From positions 1 through 36,868 of the IMG/VR virus record IMGVR_UViG_3300047557_000313: a DNA stretch of 36,868 nt. The stretch is one strand, 5' to 3'. Position numbers and translations under genes: made by a program. Numbering within the stretch: the first letter of the stretch is position 1; each line of letters starts with the position of its first letter. Shown one piece after another: positions 21,306 through 31,537 of the stretch. The notes under the pieces were generated by a model that worked only from the letters and a program-made list of their open reading frames with translations, searched no databases and was not told where the DNA came from. This stretch comes from a virus (Duplodnaviria > Caudoviricetes).

Positions 21306-22910
21306 TCACTGCTCTTTCAGTTGTTCAGATTGATAAAGCAAATTCAATATCGCTGGATAATTTGCTTCTGGAAGCATCTGACCAGCACCAAGCAGACCAC
21401 GAGTCAACTGACCAGTGCCAAATGCTGCCTCGCCAACAATACGAGGAGAAGACATTGCAGCACCAGCAGCAGCAGCAGGAATGCCGCCAAGCGAGTATAG
21501 ACCGATGCCACCAATTGGAGCAGTCGCTCGCTGAATACCTCTTGGAGCCATCTCACTTAGAGCCTGACCAGCTAAAGCTGGCAACATCTGCTGACCGCCT
21601 TGTTGCTCTAGTTCACGAGCCAAATTCAATCGGTTGCCATAATTTGTGGCTGCATTGTTCCGCATGAGCGATTGCAACTTACGCATCGCAGTGTCAGCAG
21701 ACGCCTTATCACCAAGTGACAAAGCTCGCTCAATCTCTCTGATTTGATCCGTAGCTTCAGAGTACGCTTGCATCGTCTTAGCGTATGTCGGAGCTTGCTT
21801 GCTGATCTCAGACTTTACGGCGTTGTAGACATTTTTAACAACCATGTCTGCCTGAGTTCTTGGCTGAACTCTTTCAACAACCTGACCAATGCTTTGTTTA
21901 AGCGCGTCCAAACCTTCGGCAGTATGGAAGTCAGCAGGATTCTGCGCCTTCCAATCATCGACCATCGTCTTGATTTCGTTCAGTCGATCAACCGCTTCTT
22001 GGTTTTTGACCTTGCCCTTAAAAGTCACCTTATCAAAAGCATTTTGCAGCGCGCTATCAATCCCAGAGAACGATAGAACAGTCTTATCGCCTTTGATGTT
22101 TGCAATGTTTGCTCGATACATTGCGCCACGATCAGCACGAAACTGCTCAAGATTTTGTTTTGCAATTCCAAGAACATCAGTCATTGGCACTTGACTGCGA
22201 AGATTCTCGGTAAATTGCTGCGCTCTAGCACCACCTTCTCGACCAGCTTGGAAGGCTTGTTCAATAGCCTCACGACCTGCGCCGGTAGTCATACCGAGCA
22301 TACTCGGGACAGCAGCACCAGCAGCTTGCAAACCTGTTCCTGCGGCTTTTGCAGTGAGAGACAACGGATCTACATAACTTGCAGCAGTGGATAGAGCGCC
22401 GGATACCGCAGGAACCCTGCCAGCGGCCATAGCGCCACCAGTCAACACCGTAGATACGTCTGCCATAAAAGATGCAGGATCGGTTGCAATCACTTTTTTG
22501 ACTGCATCTACAGACCCATACCGATCTGCATACATCTGTGCTACACGGCTAGCAGCCTCTCTCGAAGCTCGATCCTCTCCAATAGCCTGCACCAACCTTT
22601 CAGGCAGGATGTTCTGCAACGTACCAGCAGCAACGTCTAAAACAGCTTTGCCAGTCTGTACGGGACTCATTACCGCAGATGCAATATCACTAACCATCTT
22701 GCCAACTGATCGAGGTAATGCAGCGACACCACGCATCGCAACCTCACCCGGACCCATCTCTGCGTAGGAAACCCGGTTTACATCAATGACTTCTCGATTA
22801 GAAAAGTCTTTTGCAGCTCGCTGCATGACTTGTTCACGAGTCACAGACTCTGGAACATTCTCATACAGGTGCGTGGAGCCGTCTGTGAAGGTAACAGTAA
22901 TGTCTGCCAT
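21306..22910 (-). CDS. Putative internal virion / DNA ejection protein
   Basis: ~534 aa, Ala/Gln-rich helical protein in the podovirus ejection-protein position. Confidence 0.65.
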   Translation of the reverse strand: MADITVTFTDGSTHLYENVPESVTREQVMQRAAKDFSNREVIDVNRVSYAEMGPGEVAMRGVAALPRSVGKMVSDIASAVMSPVQTGKAVLDVAAGTLQNILPERLVQAIGEDRASREAASRVAQMYADRYGSVDAVKKVIATDPASFMADVSTVLTGGAMAAGRVPAVSGALSTAASYVDPLSLTAKAAGTGLQAAGAAVPSMLGMTTGAGREAIEQAFQAGREGGARAQQFTENLRSQVPMTDVLGIAKQNLEQFRADRGAMYRANIANIKGDKTVLSFSGIDSALQNAFDKVTFKGKVKNQEAVDRLNEIKTMVDDWKAQNPADFHTAEGLDALKQSIGQVVERVQPRTQADMVVKNVYNAVKSEISKQAPTYAKTMQAYSEATDQIREIERALSLGDKASADTAMRKLQSLMRNNAATNYGNRLNLARELEQQGGQQMLPALAGQALSEMAPRGIQRATAPIGGIGLYSLGGIPAAAAGAAMSSPRIVGEAAFGTGQLTRGLLGAGQMLPEANYPAILNLLYQSEQLKEQ

Positions 22911-22912
22911 GA

Positions 22913-24253
22913 TTACCACCGACTCCTTCCAGATTGAACCTGCGAAGGCTTAGGAATCTCATACTCAGTCGTAAACGCATCAGCATAAGATCGAGCTTCT
23001 TCAGGCAGAATCTTGCGAAGCGCATCAACCTGACGCTTGTGCGAACCAATCGTAAACTGAGAGGTTTTTTCCAGCGCATTAAGCAGCGTCTTAACCTCAC
23101 CAGAGGTGAACTGTGCAAGGTTGCCTCCAGCAGCACGAGCAATCAATGCACGCTCATTCTCAGTAATAGCACCCTGTCCGCGCATCGCTTCAGCAGCCTG
23201 AAGCTCAAGCCTTGCAAGACCCTGCATGGCTTCTGATGTACGGTTCAACAACTCTTGCGTATTACGACCGGTAACACCAAGAGTACTAGCCAATCGCGCA
23301 ACAACAGTCGCTTGACCGCTCAATGGGCCAGAGAAGACACCTTCTTCAATAAGCGGTTTAAGCCCAGCAGTGGTTCTAAGTGTCTGTGCAGCAGCATCTG
23401 CCGCAGCTTGAGTATTGTTGACGCGCTCAACTTGAGATTTGATCAACAAGTTAGCAGCACCCTCTCCAACTTTTACATCAACTGAGGGTCTACCAGCAGC
23501 AGCCACTGCCAGCCTTTGTTCTTGAATGAGCCTTGGGATTTGGGCCATCTGCTCCTGAGTCAACTGCCTTGGATCAGTGGTTCCAAAGTTTGAAAGGGCA
23601 ATCGTTGCAGCTTCACCAGTAAATTGAGCCGGTTTTTCAGGCTTTGGTGCAACCAACTGAGTTGCTTGACCACCAGCTACAGAATACAAACCACCGCCAG
23701 CTTCTCTAATTTCTGGCTTTGGGCCTTGCGTCAATTCAACACGAGTCTGCAATGCAGACATCAAATCCTTAAAGTCTTTTGGTGGCAGCAATGCGGAAAT
23801 CTGGCTTAGTGCCTGTTGATTCAACACAGGACGGTTCAGTGTACCTGCATCAGCAGACTGGATTAGCGCAGCCAATGGATCAGCAGCCTGTGCCCCAATA
23901 GTTAGTGCTTGCTGACGCTCAGTCGTCATCAACTGCGGCATGATGCCTTGCAAGGCTCTCTGCTGCTGCTGCAACCTCTGCTGTTCAGCCAGCTTCAGCG
24001 CCATCTGCTGACCCTGGATCTGCTCAGACAGCGCACCTCGATATGCCTGCTGCCCAGCCTGGAGACCAGCACCGATAGCCTGACCGATGTTGGTTCTCTG
24101 TCGACTGGGGCCACCGGCTTGCAACAGACCAGCAGCAAGACCTAGCAGACCCTGCTGGCGAGCCTGTTGCAGTGCGATCTGCGACTCATCTCCAAGCAAC
24201 CCAGACACATACTGAGGTTGCGGGAACAGTCGATCGAGGATTCCATCCATCAT
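22913..24253 (-). CDS. Putative internal virion / DNA ejection protein
   Basis: 446 aa; GLLGLAAGLL, Q-rich stretches, G.GAITENER motif. Confidence 0.65.
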   Translation of the reverse strand: MMDGILDRLFPQPQYVSGLLGDESQIALQQARQQGLLGLAAGLLQAGGPSRQRTNIGQAIGAGLQAGQQAYRGALSEQIQGQQMALKLAEQQRLQQQQRALQGIMPQLMTTERQQALTIGAQAADPLAALIQSADAGTLNRPVLNQQALSQISALLPPKDFKDLMSALQTRVELTQGPKPEIREAGGGLYSVAGGQATQLVAPKPEKPAQFTGEAATIALSNFGTTDPRQLTQEQMAQIPRLIQEQRLAVAAAGRPSVDVKVGEGAANLLIKSQVERVNNTQAAADAAAQTLRTTAGLKPLIEEGVFSGPLSGQATVVARLASTLGVTGRNTQELLNRTSEAMQGLARLELQAAEAMRGQGAITENERALIARAAGGNLAQFTSGEVKTLLNALEKTSQFTIGSHKRQVDALRKILPEEARSYADAFTTEYEIPKPSQVQSGRSRW

Positions 24254-24258
24254 TCACC

Positions 24259-24771
24259 TCACAGCAGAGACAGTCTGCGCGATTCAATCGGTTCGATGTA
24301 GCCAATGGGATTAATGAGCTGTCGGCCAAGCGGATCACGCATCATGGTGTACTCACGCATCATGCTCGGCGTATCAAACAACCCAGAATTAACCGCCTGG
24401 ATCTGCTCCAGCGACAACGGAACGTCTTTGCCCTGTCTCAATGGCAATGCCTGAGCAGGAGGCATCTGCGGTTGCATGGATGACGCCAGCCTAGATCCAG
24501 CCATCAATGCTTGTGGTGTAGCGGCTTTTGACACCAACCCAGACAGCGCAGAAGCCGGGGCAGCAGCCATTTGCGTCTCTAGTGCAGCAGCAGGCATGAA
24601 ACTACCTCCAGCGGCACCAGCAGCAGCACTGCTACCTAGCAGGGTAGGGGCGAGTTGACCACCACCGAATCCAAGCGTAGCGCCCATCAGAGCGCCCTTC
24701 AGCGGATCTTTTTTGTTGGTAGCAGCACCAGCGACAGCGCCAAACGCAGCAAGAGAAACCGGATCAGCCAT
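24259..24771 (-). CDS. Putative small ejection (pilot-like) protein
   Basis: MADPVSLAAFGAVAGAA...LKGALMGATLG, Gly/Ala-rich hydrophobic N-terminus. Confidence 0.55.
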   Translation of the reverse strand: MADPVSLAAFGAVAGAATNKKDPLKGALMGATLGFGGGQLAPTLLGSSAAAGAAGGSFMPAAALETQMAAAPASALSGLVSKAATPQALMAGSRLASSMQPQMPPAQALPLRQGKDVPLSLEQIQAVNSGLFDTPSMMREYTMMRDPLGRQLINPIGYIEPIESRRLSLL

Positions 24772-24773
24772 GA

Positions 24774-25925
24774 TTAACCTCCCTGAGCAGGAGCTTGCTG
24801 GGGTTGATTGAATGCGGATACGAGAGCCGCACCACCAAGCAGAGACGCAGCTGGATTCGTGTAGGACGGAGTGACCTGTTGCTGACCAGCAGGGAATCCA
24901 GACAGGAATGAGCTGAATTGTTGCAGCGCACGATACGGTGCCTGCTGCTGGAAGTTGTAGCGGTTGATTGCATCCTGGAGTTCTTGCATCCCGTAGCGTT
25001 CTTGGAGTTGCCCGAGCTGCAACATCCGCTGCGCTCCAGCGTAATCCTGTTCTGCAAGCGCAGGAGCCAACTGAGATGCTTGCAACTGAACACCAGCAGC
25101 ACCCTGAGCAGCACCAGTCAGACCCTGTGCAGCTTGGAGTTGAGCGGCCAGCATCTGCGCTTGAGTCTGACCCAAACCACCAGCAGCCGACAACTGAGTC
25201 GCCAATTGTTGCTGTGCAGCCTGTTGTTGACGCGCCAGAGCCTGTTCCTGGAGTTGACGCTCCATCTGGTAGCCCTGAAATCCAAGACGCTCACCCAGGC
25301 CAGTCAATCCCTCTGCCAATCGACCAGCAGCACCTTCCTGCAACCCAGACAAAGCACCAGACCCCAGGCGACCAGCACGAGATGCTGCGCTCAGATTCTG
25401 TTGGACTTGTTGCTGGAACTGCTCAGTGATCGGGCGAGCCATCGACTGGAACGCGCCCTGTAGGAACGGGTTTGCTCCGAGATACGCACCGCTAGCAGTA
25501 GCCTGAGTCCCGGCAGCAGCAGGATTGAATCCAGCACCACCATAAATGTCACCATACATTGCAGCGGCTGGGTTATATCCAGCAGCACCGTAGACATTCT
25601 GGAACATACCAGCACCGGGTGACTGGAAACCAGTTAACCCGCCGACAGCCTGTTGAGCTTGCTGAACTAGCGGAGATCCTGCCTGTGCGCGTTCAGCAGC
25701 AGACTGAATGCCCTGCTGTGTGTATTGCGATGGGCCGACAAACGTCTGACCAGGGAAATATTGCGGCACATAACCCGCTCGCATTTCACCGGTAGCAGGA
25801 TCTCGATATTGCAACTGCCCGGTCTGGAATAGACTCTGAGCACCACTCAGACCCTGCTCGACAAAAGGAACGAGCCTAGGATCAATCCTAGCTTCGGTAA
25901 CTTCCGGCCTGTTTCTGGAACCCAT
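24774..25925 (-). CDS. Putative DNA ejection protein (Gln/Ala/Gly-rich)
   Basis: 383 aa low-complexity Q/A/G, NPFL motif, GRLGSG, QQQAPY..L. Confidence 0.65.
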   Translation of the reverse strand: MGSRNRPEVTEARIDPRLVPFVEQGLSGAQSLFQTGQLQYRDPATGEMRAGYVPQYFPGQTFVGPSQYTQQGIQSAAERAQAGSPLVQQAQQAVGGLTGFQSPGAGMFQNVYGAAGYNPAAAMYGDIYGGAGFNPAAAGTQATASGAYLGANPFLQGAFQSMARPITEQFQQQVQQNLSAASRAGRLGSGALSGLQEGAAGRLAEGLTGLGERLGFQGYQMERQLQEQALARQQQAAQQQLATQLSAAGGLGQTQAQMLAAQLQAAQGLTGAAQGAAGVQLQASQLAPALAEQDYAGAQRMLQLGQLQERYGMQELQDAINRYNFQQQAPYRALQQFSSFLSGFPAGQQQVTPSYTNPAASLLGGAALVSAFNQPQQAPAQGG

Positions 25926-26322
25926 TTTTCACCTCTGCAATCCATTTAACCGGCTTAAATCCAAATTTACCGGCTATTTTCGCCCACCCAGGACGTCTGC
26001 TGTCGAATGAGATTTTACGCGCTCCACCTGCGAGCGCAATCTCGTGGGCATGACGGAATCCATCTTCCATCAGAAACTTGCCCCAACCAGCCCAGATATG
26101 CAGAGTGTCACCCATCGGTTGCAAAACTCCAAACCCGACAGGATTTCCGTCCTCTACCATTAACCAGAGCATTGACCGACCCTCAAAACAGTCGGCATAC
26201 ACATCCTCCGGTATCCACTGATCCCTGCTCGCCCTCTTAACCTCCAGCAGTCCAGGTCTTACAAATTCCCACACATCCCGCAGTCTCTGCGGCTCTACAA
26301 ACACTCTAACCAAGGACGACAT
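25888..26322 (-). CDS. GNAT-fold-like virion morphogenesis protein
   Basis: W..VRPGL, EDVY..C..G.S.LW, LHIWAGWG, GARKISFDS.RPGW; lies between tail hub and ejection genes as in P22-like phages. Confidence 0.55.
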   Translation of the reverse strand: MSSLVRVFVEPQRLRDVWEFVRPGLLEVKRASRDQWIPEDVYADCFEGRSMLWLMVEDGNPVGFGVLQPMGDTLHIWAGWGKFLMEDGFRHAHEIALAGGARKISFDSRRPGWAKIAGKFGFKPVKWIAEVKNGFQKQAGSYRS

Positions 26323-27085
26323 ATCTAAACGTCTTATCCGCAGTTGAGTTTGCAAAATGACTGATCGTTGCCTGACCGTATCCTATGGAAGACGCATATA
26401 CATCAGACGTAGATGACTCATCGATCTTGTTGACGGTAACGATAGCACTCGGTGTCGTTGGCCTAGTCGGATTGGTCTGCGCTGCTAGGTGTTCAATAGT
26501 AACCAGTATGCTACTCGTCGCCCACATGATTTGGACATAATCGTTTGCAGCGACCTGCACATAAAAGTTCAATGCAGCAATCAGGTGACCGTCTGTCCCA
26601 CCATGACTGTTTGGCACAGAAAACTTGGAGTTGCTTCCAGCAATGTCAGTCCCGTTCTTCCTGAACCAAATATCTACGTCCTGGATCTGCGTGTCGTCGT
26701 TTGCAAACTGAATCGAAAATTGGATGTTGTACACCCCAGCAGTCTCAAACGTGATCTGAGAGTTGCTGACAATGCTGACACCCTTGGAAAAATCCGTGGT
26801 GTTAAACGAAACAGCATAGGCCGTTGTCGTATTAGCAGCAGCCTGATCTGTCGTATCCTGAAACGCACCATAAGGCACAGGATCAGCCATTGCCGCAGCA
26901 GACGATGGCATCAGCAGAATCAAGCTCTCAGGACTGATCCGCGCGTCATACAGCGTGGTAGACGTAGCATCACCAGTTGCAAGAGTGATATAGCCGAGAC
27001 TGTTAATCTTCCCGTCAAGAATCCGATTGACGATCTCAGCAACCTCTCGCTGACTACCACCCTGCTGAGGCAACCGTCTGAACAT
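26306..27085 (-). CDS. Tail-associated protein with internal beta-sandwich domain
   Basis: REVAEIVNRILDGKIN N-terminus; central PYGAF.D.TDQ...GVYNIQFSIQ...DYVQIMW; C-terminal FRYVVLG. Confidence 0.65.
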   Translation of the reverse strand: MFRRLPQQGGSQREVAEIVNRILDGKINSLGYITLATGDATSTTLYDARISPESLILLMPSSAAAMADPVPYGAFQDTTDQAAANTTTAYAVSFNTTDFSKGVSIVSNSQITFETAGVYNIQFSIQFANDDTQIQDVDIWFRKNGTDIAGSNSKFSVPNSHGGTDGHLIAALNFYVQVAANDYVQIMWATSSILVTIEHLAAQTNPTRPTTPSAIVTVNKIDESSTSDVYASSIGYGQATISHFANSTADKTFRYVVLG

Positions 27086-28506
27086 CAGCGCATACCCGCG
27101 GGAACAAGGTCAACATCGACAGCGACAGCAGTGTCAAAGTTCCCTGTCGGAGTGATTGACAACCGATGATAGTTGCCGCGCGACCTGAGACTGACCCGAT
27201 TCTCGCTGTCAGCAGCAACGGCTGTAGAGTACGAAATAGCCCCATCTAGGCGATAACGAGACGCGACTGATACCGTAGCACTACCGTTGTCGATTTGTGG
27301 CCTAGCGAGCCGTATAAGCGTTTCCTGGCCCTCTAGTGTGATGTCGCCTGTATTGATCGTCCCGGTTAGATCAGACCCAGCAAACGTGACAATCCTGGCC
27401 CCGGATACACCACCAAGGATCAGCTTGCCACCAGTCCACAGACGCGAATCCAACGAGGCAGGCAGCGCATCCAGACTAGCGGAGATATTGTCGAGCTGCT
27501 CCAGCGTGGTCGATGCTGTAGCGATAGACGCCACATAATCCGCGCCAGAATCGCCATGCGTCCACTTGTCAACAGCCCAGTTGTACATCAGTAACTTCTG
27601 GACGTTGAAGATGTCACGAAAGCACCAGATAACAATTTTGTTAACAGGATCAACTGCCGTAGACATCTTGGAAAACTGAGACGGGTCTGCATTGGAGTAG
27701 AACCAGCGATCAACTCGCTCTGCGCCAATAGGTTTGACAGTCTGACCATCGGTGACAAAAAACCCGTCATCGCTCAGAAAAAACGTCATCGGGCCATACT
27801 GAGCAATCGACCGAGACTCATAGCAGCCAATGTTGCGAGCAATGTTGTCAAACTGGAAGAACAGCGGAGCGCCGATGTACGTCATGCGAACGACGCCACG
27901 CTCCATCAGCACAACACCAAACTCGCCTCCGGTAATCCCACGGATCTCACCACCGTCTGGGATGTCCTGAGTGTCAGATTGGCTAGCAGCGCCAGGAGTC
28001 CAATCAGTCTCGTCGTTTATATCTGACCAATAGACGCGATTGGGATAAGTTGACGTTTTGGCAGCAACAACAAAATCGCGCACAACAGTCACAAACGATG
28101 CGGTCGGAGCAGCAGCAGCCAAATCAGCAAACACTGTGCTGGATGCCATATTCCAGGCTTGCAGTTTGTCAACGCCGTTGGACGCAATGACCTGAGAACC
28201 AAACTGTGCAAACTGCCAGAAATCTGTCGTACTGTATGCAGTTGGCGTCCGGCTGACATCATCCAGATCAGAGTCAGCAGGGTCGAACTTAAATAGCTTG
28301 GTTGCGCCAGCACCGAATAGAGTAGTAGCGCCAGCCCACCGACCAGGAAATACAGTCAGCAAACTCTGGCTGGCAGCATCGGACAGATTCGCCGTGCCAT
28401 TCAGCGGTCCATAGCCTGACGCACTCGGGGTGATGTTTTTGGCTTCCGTCAGGTTGCCAGCAATCCCAGGCCGATCAGGGGTCCATTGACCAAAGACAAC
28501 TCTCAT
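27085..28506 (-). CDS. Tail hub/nozzle protein (P22 gp10-like DNA-stabilization protein)
   Basis: ~473 aa beta-propeller-like (RVYWS.IND.T.W, DGGEI.GI.GG, FFLSDDGF); FGQW.PD.P start; ATGA coupling. Confidence 0.75.
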   Translation of the reverse strand: MRVVFGQWTPDRPGIAGNLTEAKNITPSASGYGPLNGTANLSDAASQSLLTVFPGRWAGATTLFGAGATKLFKFDPADSDLDDVSRTPTAYSTTDFWQFAQFGSQVIASNGVDKLQAWNMASSTVFADLAAAAPTASFVTVVRDFVVAAKTSTYPNRVYWSDINDETDWTPGAASQSDTQDIPDGGEIRGITGGEFGVVLMERGVVRMTYIGAPLFFQFDNIARNIGCYESRSIAQYGPMTFFLSDDGFFVTDGQTVKPIGAERVDRWFYSNADPSQFSKMSTAVDPVNKIVIWCFRDIFNVQKLLMYNWAVDKWTHGDSGADYVASIATASTTLEQLDNISASLDALPASLDSRLWTGGKLILGGVSGARIVTFAGSDLTGTINTGDITLEGQETLIRLARPQIDNGSATVSVASRYRLDGAISYSTAVAADSENRVSLRSRGNYHRLSITPTGNFDTAVAVDVDLVPAGMR

Positions 28507-29180
28507 TGCGTCGTCCAAGTATTAGATCCGGTCGCTTTGGGCGTCCAGACATTGGATCCAGGAACAAGATCTGTCCACACATTAGCCTCGTCGTCCGGGT
28601 TGCTCCATACGCCGGTCAGTGTAACAGTCCCTATCAAACCTGTCGCCTGGAATCCGGTGACATCTAGGAAGTTGTTGCTCTGGAGAGTAATAGTCCCGAG
28701 AACAGTCGTTCCCTGCACACCAGTAACAGGAACAACCACAAGAACCGTGACTGTCCCAGTTTGGCCTGTTGCTGATACGCCAGTCAGCGGGACATTGGCA
28801 GACGCAGTGACAACAACCTGACCAGTCTGTCCAGTGGCAAAAACACCGGTGACAGGAGCAACCGCAGACCCAGATGCTGTGACAGTCCCTAGAGCTGTTG
28901 TCGCTGATACACCTGTAACAGGTACAACAACAGCAATAGTGACATTGCCAACTTGACCAGTCGCAGCAACACCAGTAACCGGGACTAATGCGCTACCAGT
29001 TACCGATACAGTCCCAACAAAACCAGATGCCGATACACCAGTCGGGAGAACTATCGTCTCTGTCGCAACAGAAACAGACCCGAGAAACGCGGTCGCAGAA
29101 ACACCGGTTACATTGGCATAGGCTCCTTGCCCTGCTAATGAAGAAAACGGTGCTTCTGAAAACGACCAATGACCAAACAT
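28503..29180 (-). CDS. Val/Thr/Gly-rich repetitive virion protein
   Basis: MFG..SFSEAPFSSL start, about eight VTGVSATG.VG.V.V repeats, C-terminal Trp repeats every 10 residues. Confidence 0.7.
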   Translation of the reverse strand: MFGHWSFSEAPFSSLAGQGAYANVTGVSATAFLGSVSVATETIVLPTGVSASGFVGTVSVTGSALVPVTGVAATGQVGNVTIAVVVPVTGVSATTALGTVTASGSAVAPVTGVFATGQTGQVVVTASANVPLTGVSATGQTGTVTVLVVVPVTGVQGTTVLGTITLQSNNFLDVTGFQATGLIGTVTLTGVWSNPDDEANVWTDLVPGSNVWTPKATGSNTWTTQ

Positions 29181-29479
29181 TACACGGCCTGCGAACCAGC
29201 CATATCAGCCTGAGTCATTACCCACGCATAGCACTTGTCGAGGAACGCAGCACCCTGTTGCGACTCAACATCTTCCAGCGCAACATGGTAGCGACGAAAG
29301 TCTACATCCCGCGTATCGTCACCAGGGTTAGCAGTGCCGTACCCAGCGACATCGATCATTACGTTGAACTTTGCGCCACCTGCTCGCTGACGACTGATCG
29401 CAGCAGTAACAATGCGGAAGTAGGCGCCGTTGAACGGGATACCGTACTGGGAGGTTTCAAGATTGATGCTGATTGCCAT
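29180..29479 (-). CDS. Putative tail-fibre chaperone/accessory protein
   Basis: 99 aa directly downstream of a fibre gene; AAGGA RBS; function inferred from position. Confidence 0.55.
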   Translation of the reverse strand: MAISINLETSQYGIPFNGAYFRIVTAAISRQRAGGAKFNVMIDVAGYGTANPGDDTRDVDFRRYHVALEDVESQQGAAFLDKCYAWVMTQADMAGSQAV

Positions 29480-29487
29480 GTTAGTCC

Positions 29488-30744
29488 TTATGCGTAAGTA
29501 ACTTCTGAAGTTTGAACAGTCGCTACCCAGCGAATGTTAGTTGATGCTGCTCCTGTTGCTTCTACTTTCAAACCACCGTTTGTGGTATCAGCAGACAGAG
29601 CAAGCGTCCATCCCGGCGTGTTATCGATCGCGGTGACAGTGCTAGCAACAAGAGTCGTGGTGTTTGCTGCGCCTTCCCTGCGGATCAAACCTTCAATCTT
29701 CCACGCTGCCGAATCTGTGCCACCAGATGCTTGCCGACGGGCTACAACAATGCCTGTAAATGCATAGGCTGAGTTGTTTGGAAGAATGACTTGATTGTTT
29801 GTGCTTGCTGTTGAGCTATTTGTTGTTAAAACAGTTGCGGTTGCATCTGTTGTTGCTCGACGAAGGACAAAAGTTCCAGTTTGGGCATCTCCTGCCGCTG
29901 AGAATTCTGCGCTGGCGTAAGCATACTTACCAATAATTGTTGATTTTGATGCACGACCTATTGCAACACCTGATTGTGCCGTTGCCTCCGCTTGAAAACC
30001 AATCGCGTATGAGTATTGCGCAGTTGCATATGCCGAACCACCAAATGCATATGAATACGATTGGTCTGCCCATGACTGCTGCCCAAAAGCAAACGCATAA
30101 GTCCCGTTCGCAAAAGCACTCCCCCCAATAGCAACGCAAGCAGAGTTTGCAGCTTTTGCATTTTGTAATAGCGCAGCCGAATTAGCACCGGTAGCACCAT
30201 AACTGGAGCTATTACTAGCTACTGCAGCAGCAAAACTATTAGATCCAGATGCATAACTGCCGCCGAGGGCCATTGCACCGGAGCCGGTGACGGCTTGCGA
30301 TCCTTGAGATGACGAATTACCGCCAATTGCGGTTGAATTATCAGCAGACGCTATTGGTCTTGTTGAAGTAGCGGCTATGTTTTCTGCATAGCCACGCATC
30401 GTCTTTTTGTCACCGATCTGCCAATTTGTACCATTACAAACTATTTGCAAACCTTCTCCACGCCGCAAAATCAGCGTAGAAACACCATCAATTGTTTCTG
30501 TACCGGCTGGATCAATAGTAATTGCATCGGTACTGGTAGAACTCGTATTCCAGATCCGACAATTAAACCCAACTGGTAATGTTCCAGCAGCAGGAAGCGC
30601 AATAGTAAATGCTCCGCTGGTGCAGTTAACAATCCAACCGTTGTCGTTTGGTTGAACTAAATATGCTGCCGTAACTGATTTGATAGGAAGGTTTGCATAC
30701 GGAGGAACTCCGTAATTAAACGCAGCCAGTTGATTACTGCTCAT
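29488..30744 (-). CDS. Tail fibre / receptor-binding protein 2 (YadA-head-like repeats)
   Basis: FTIALPAA...ITIDP.G.ETIDG N-domain, 14-residue A.A..S.AIG repeats, C-terminal domain ending TNIRWVA.V.TSEVTYA. Confidence 0.75.
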   Translation of the reverse strand: MSSNQLAAFNYGVPPYANLPIKSVTAAYLVQPNDNGWIVNCTSGAFTIALPAAGTLPVGFNCRIWNTSSTSTDAITIDPAGTETIDGVSTLILRRGEGLQIVCNGTNWQIGDKKTMRGYAENIAATSTRPIASADNSTAIGGNSSSQGSQAVTGSGAMALGGSYASGSNSFAAAVASNSSSYGATGANSAALLQNAKAANSACVAIGGSAFANGTYAFAFGQQSWADQSYSYAFGGSAYATAQYSYAIGFQAEATAQSGVAIGRASKSTIIGKYAYASAEFSAAGDAQTGTFVLRRATTDATATVLTTNSSTASTNNQVILPNNSAYAFTGIVVARRQASGGTDSAAWKIEGLIRREGAANTTTLVASTVTAIDNTPGWTLALSADTTNGGLKVEATGAASTNIRWVATVQTSEVTYA

Positions 30745-31226
30745 CAGTAATCTCCACCAATCGCATTGACAGCAAAAGCGATATTGGTTCCGCCAGCAGC
30801 AACGGTAGTCCCAGCATAAATCCTGTATCCAGCCGGTAGATTCAACCCACCCACAGGCAGAGGCAGAGCATTGACCGTTAGCGCACTTGTCCCAAGCGCC
30901 GTAACAGCCGTTGCTGCCATCGCAACTTCACCGAGAAAGATGTTATTAGTTGCTGTCGTATTTGCACTGCCGTTGTTGATCCAAAATCGGATCAAACTAG
31001 CCGATGATGTGCCAGATGCAGCAGCGCCGTTAGTAGATGCAAACCGACAAGTAATTTGATCAACCCGAGCGCCATTAGCGCCAGCGGTAAACACAAGAGC
31101 CATAGCAGTACCAGTTGCCTGCGTACCATCGAACGCTGACGTATTCGTCATCGCCGTCGATAGAATGGCATTGTTGGCACCGACATTAGGCGTCTGAGTA
31201 AAAATTGGGGTTGCGGTTACAGGCAT
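30744..31226 (-). CDS. Virion structural protein (beta-sandwich, fibre-associated)
   Basis: PIF.QTP start, FTAGANGARVD.I, IRFWINNG, L.LPAGYRI, end AIGGDY. Confidence 0.6.
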   Translation of the reverse strand: MPVTATPIFTQTPNVGANNAILSTAMTNTSAFDGTQATGTAMALVFTAGANGARVDQITCRFASTNGAAASGTSSASLIRFWINNGSANTTATNNIFLGEVAMAATAVTALGTSALTVNALPLPVGGLNLPAGYRIYAGTTVAAGGTNIAFAVNAIGGDY

Positions 31227-31529
31227 TTAGAAACCTCCAAAATTGACAGCGAGGTAGATGTTGCTACCAGCAGATGAGCCACCACCACCACCAGCAGTCG
31301 CCCATGATGTATTTGTGCCATCAGTTGTCAAGAATTTGCCGCTATTGCTTGCTTGACTTGGCAACAATGCATTGAGCGCAGCATTTGCCGTGGTTTGACC
31401 AGTTCCACCATCCGCAATGCCAATAGTCCCAGTTCTCGCAGCAGAACCACCAATTAACAATGACGAACCATCAGATGACAGTGTAATCGAACCACCGTTT
31501 CCTGTGTTGTCGATATTAACTGCGCCCAT
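31227..31529 (-). CDS. Short fibre-module protein (100 aa)
   Basis: Contains IADGGTGQTTANAALNALLPSQ...GKFLTTDG.NTSW shared with 31538..33079, then poly-Gly and IYLAVNFGGF. Confidence 0.65.
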   Translation of the reverse strand: MGAVNIDNTGNGGSITLSSDGSSLLIGGSAARTGTIGIADGGTGQTTANAALNALLPSQASNSGKFLTTDGTNTSWATAGGGGGSSAGSNIYLAVNFGGF

Positions 31530-31537
31530 TTTAATCC

